DNA of 64,000 nucleotides from Bacteroidaceae bacterium (GTDB lineage Bacteria; Bacteroidota; Bacteroidia; Bacteroidales; Bacteroidaceae): NCBI GenBank assembly GCA_045657945.1, contig JAZOUB010000041.1, positions 43,987 to 107,986 of the forward strand, read 5' to 3'. Shown piece by piece: positions 61,466 to 64,000 of this stretch (position 1 is its first letter; each line of letters starts with the position of its first letter). The notes under the pieces were generated by a model. It saw only the letters and a program-made list of their open reading frames with translations, ran no database searches and was not told where the DNA came from. The position numbers and the translations under genes were made by a program.

Positions 61466-61520
61466 ATAAGGTTTTTAAAAAGGGTACTAAGGAGACTAAG
61501 GGTTCTAAGGTTTCCTTAGG
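61466..61520. repeat. TAAGG array lying between the putative -7 box and the ATG of the 1310-aa M60 gene
   Basis: TAAGG at 61467, 61488, 61497 and 61506 (the last three at 9-bp spacing), AAAAAGGG at 61477, and an inverted CCTTAGG at 61514. The local dyad is CTAAGG-TTT-CCTTAG. Confidence 0.65.
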
Positions 61521-61550
61521 TTTTTATACATTTATTATAATATATCCTCG

Positions 61551-61590
61551 CAAAAATAAGTTTTTTTTTTGAAAAATCCCCCCCCCCCCC
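61551..61590 (-). promoter_or_regulatory. Putative promoter: -7 box TATTTTTG, 19-nt spacer containing A10, then G13 tract
   Basis: The plus strand reads CAAAAATA(61551-61558)-AG-T10(61561-61570)-GAAAAAT-C13(61578-61590). The ATG is at 61453. Confidence 0.45.
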
Positions 61591-61813
61591 TATATATTTT
61601 TTAAAAAGTGCCAAAACTTTTTATTTTTCACGTTTTTTTCTTGCGTTTTCAAATAATTATCGCAACCTTTGCGTGATAAAATACCGCTCCTGTGTAGGGT
61701 TGTAAAGTTGTTATTTTACAACTGGTTGATAGTCAATGTGATGGCTGTTTGCGCCTGGTTGCGGTGCTGGGTTTTGAGAGATTTTATTTTTTTATTTTTT
61801 AATTTTTTACATT

Positions 61814-64000
61814 ATGAGAAAAAATTTATTTCTGACTCTTGCTTTGGCATTTGCAGGATTTGCAGGTGCTAATGCTCAGGATTGGACTGTTTCTCTTGGA
61901 GCCGGCGACGGCCTTCCGGGTGAGAACGTGCAGAAAGGCACACAGACCGTCCAGGTTTACAAATCGGATGTCATCAAGCCAACCGAGGCTTTGACAACCC
62001 TTCGTTTCACTGTTGCACAGAACTACAACGGTGAGAAGCCAAACGGCAACAACTTTGTAACCGCTCTCAGTGAGTTGGTTGTATATGCTGCCGATGGTGA
62101 GACTGTTATCCCTTACACAGCCACTTCAAACGCTGACCACAACACACTTTCAGGTGGTACTGACGGTGCCGGTATTGCTGCTTTGAACGACGGCAACTGG
62201 AACAACTACTGGCACTCTTGCTGGAGCGCGACAGGTGCTCAGGCTGAGTATCACCACCTTGAGCTCACATTCGAGACTCCTGTAAGCGAGTTCATCCTCG
62301 AGTGGGGTGCACGTCCTGGTAACCCAAAGAACGCTCCATTGCTCGTTGGTCTTACAAAGGGTGGCGTTGACTATGTTCCTTACAGCGACTGGGCATTCGA
62401 AGTAGGTGCAGAAATTACATCAATGGATGCTCTTGAGGGCGCACAGTACTTTGTAATGAAGAGTAATGTTCCTGTTGAGTACCACACATATGTAAACAAC
62501 CACAACAGCACAGAGGGTGCTTTCGGTGACAAGACAACCAAGGAGCCTAACATAGGTCCCGGTCCACAGTACGTAAACGCTGGTTCAGTAGCTGAAGAGG
62601 CTGCCCCAGAGTATGCTATCCAGCTTATCCCTGCCGATGGCGGTTACTACATCTACTATGTAACAGAGGGCAAGTTCCTCAGTGCCAACCCAAGCGACAA
62701 CGCTTACAACGGCGCAAACGGTGGCCAGGGCAAGACTACCAAGATGAGCGATGCTGCTGTTGTTACTATCACAGAGGATGGCAACGGCAAGTTCGAGATG
62801 AGCTACATGATGGAGTACGAGGGCGAGGAGGTTGAAATCCACGTTGGTGCAACACCTTCAACAGGTGGTTTCAAGAACGTTGACAAGGCTCGTTACGAGT
62901 TCTACAAGGAGGGTCACGACTACTGTTTGAACTATGCTTACATCATTGCATTCGATTGGACACTCGAGGAGGTTACAATGAACTATCCTGCAAAGTATGC
63001 TTCAATCCCAGTACGCAACGCAATCAAGGAGGCTAAGAGCATCTACACATTCATGGACAGCGTAGCTGTTGAGGGTTATGAGGCAGCATACGAGAACTTC
63101 TTGAACACACTCGAGGATGCCGAGGCTACTCTCGCTGCAGGCAGCTACACAGACATCGAGAAGGTATTCGAGGATGTTGAGAAGTTGAACGCAACAATGG
63201 GTAAATACGTTTACTCAAAGATCGAGTGGATTTGTGACGTATATGTTTGGGATATCGAGGCTGAGTATATCGACTACTTGACTCCTTCAAACAACCCACA
63301 GGATGGTTACTACCTCCAGGAGGCTTATGACACATATATCACAGCGAACATATATGGGGCAGGCTCTGAGTTGTATGACGCTGCTTACGATGATCCATAC
63401 TCTTACATCGCACAGATGAAGACCTTCATCAACGGTGTGCAGGGTAACGTTGATGCATTCCTTGCTTCAAAGATTGAGTACGTTACATTGCCTAAGGTTT
63501 ACACAGCCGAGAATCCACACCAGACTCCTCTTGGTACATTGGTTAACAACAACCGCTACGATTGGGAGCAGCTTGTAGTTCTTAACGAGGCTGTTGACGG
63601 TATCCGTTTGACATTCCTTGAGACAAACGTTGGTACAGCTGCAGGCGACGGTAAGTATAAGGGTTTCCCAATGGTTGCTATCTCTGGTCTCGAGGTTCTC
63701 GATGCAGACGGCAACGCTCTTGCTCTTTCATCTTCACTTGTTTCTACAAACTCTTTGGAGACATCAGAGGGTTCACTCGAGAACTTGTTCGATGATGAGA
63801 CTTCTACATTCTACCACTCAATCTGGGGTAACGGTACATTCAGCCCTGAGACTTATGTATATCTTGACGTTAAGTTCCCAGAGGGTACAGAGATTAGCAC
63901 ATTCACAGTGAAGACTATCGGCCGTGAGAACAAGTCTTTGGCTCCTGGTACAGTATGTATCACAAAGTATGGCGAGGAGTATGATCCAGCTATCTTCCGT
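61814..64000 (+). CDS. Secreted protein with at least two F5/8-type-C (discoidin)-like modules; truncated by the window end (729 codons, no stop)
   Basis: Not in the ORF track because it has no stop. I translated it by hand from ATG 61814 to 64000 and found no stop. Signal peptide MRKNLFLTLALAFAGFAGANAQ. Modules: LSELVVYAADGE...ALNDGNWNNYWHSCW and ISGLEVLDADGN...ENLFDDETSTFYHSIWG. Confidence 0.8.
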   Translation, partial: MRKNLFLTLALAFAGFAGANAQDWTVSLGAGDGLPGENVQKGTQTVQVYKSDVIKPTEALTTLRFTVAQNYNGEKPNGNNFVTALSELVVYAADGETVIPYTATSNADHNTLSGGTDGAGIAALNDGNWNNYWHSCWSATGAQAEYHHLELTFETPVSEFILEWGARPGNPKNAPLLVGLTKGGVDYVPYSDWAFEVGAEITSMDALEGAQYFVMKSNVPVEYHTYVNNHNSTEGAFGDKTTKEPNIGPGPQYVNAGSVAEEAAPEYAIQLIPADGGYYIYYVTEGKFLSANPSDNAYNGANGGQGKTTKMSDAAVVTITEDGNGKFEMSYMMEYEGEEVEIHVGATPSTGGFKNVDKARYEFYKEGHDYCLNYAYIIAFDWTLEEVTMNYPAKYASIPVRNAIKEAKSIYTFMDSVAVEGYEAAYENFLNTLEDAEATLAAGSYTDIEKVFEDVEKLNATMGKYVYSKIEWICDVYVWDIEAEYIDYLTPSNNPQDGYYLQEAYDTYITANIYGAGSELYDAAYDDPYSYIAQMKTFINGVQGNVDAFLASKIEYVTLPKVYTAENPHQTPLGTLVNNNRYDWEQLVVLNEAVDGIRLTFLETNVGTAAGDGKYKGFPMVAISGLEVLDADGNALALSSSLVSTNSLETSEGSLENLFDDETSTFYHSIWGNGTFSPETYVYLDVKFPEGTEISTFTVKTIGRENKSLAPGTVCITKYGEEYDPAIFR

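Overview
This is a chromosomal segment of a Bacteroidota genome, probably Bacteroidales and Prevotella-like. That placement is inferred from sprA, Por/T9SS C-terminal sorting domains, lipoprotein signal peptides, TAnnTTTG -7 boxes and a tmRNA tag of GNNNYALAA; no search was run.

Housekeeping genes are interleaved with an unusually dense set of type IX secretion (T9SS) cargo genes. The housekeeping genes are cstA, an L,D-transpeptidase, sprA, ruvA, an ABC exporter, ssrA, mntP, a ccsA-like gene, prmA, GT4/MATE/GT90, an FKBP, nadA, mlaD, an amidase and malQ.

The predicted cargo activities all point at host glycoprotein or mucin breakdown:
- a stand-alone C10 cysteine protease;
- a 3060-aa protein that fuses a C10 protease to a GH33 sialidase;
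- a Ser-type sulfatase, which carries a signal peptide but no T9SS C-terminal domain (CTD);
- a GH20 hexosaminidase;
- two tandem M60-like metallopeptidases;
- several lectin- or adhesin-like proteins.

Five non-coding or small-ORF signals are the most interesting:
1. Three promoters carry a poly-G tract (G10, G7, G13) exactly 19 nt upstream of a TAnnTTTG -7 box. These are candidate slipped-strand phase-variable switches.
2. A dispersed family of 9-10-bp-phased TAAGG/AAAAGGG arrays lies in at least seven intergenic regions upstream of minus-strand genes.
3. Three paralogous unannotated small ORFs (54-61 aa) end in W(G/D)N(L/I)W. Two decayed copies sit beside one of them.
4. A GC-rich, terminator-bounded cluster of hairpins has no credible ORF.
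5. REP-like palindromes falsely extend several ORF N-termini.

No CRISPR array, transposase, integrase, tRNA or rRNA was seen. All family calls come from motif recognition by eye.
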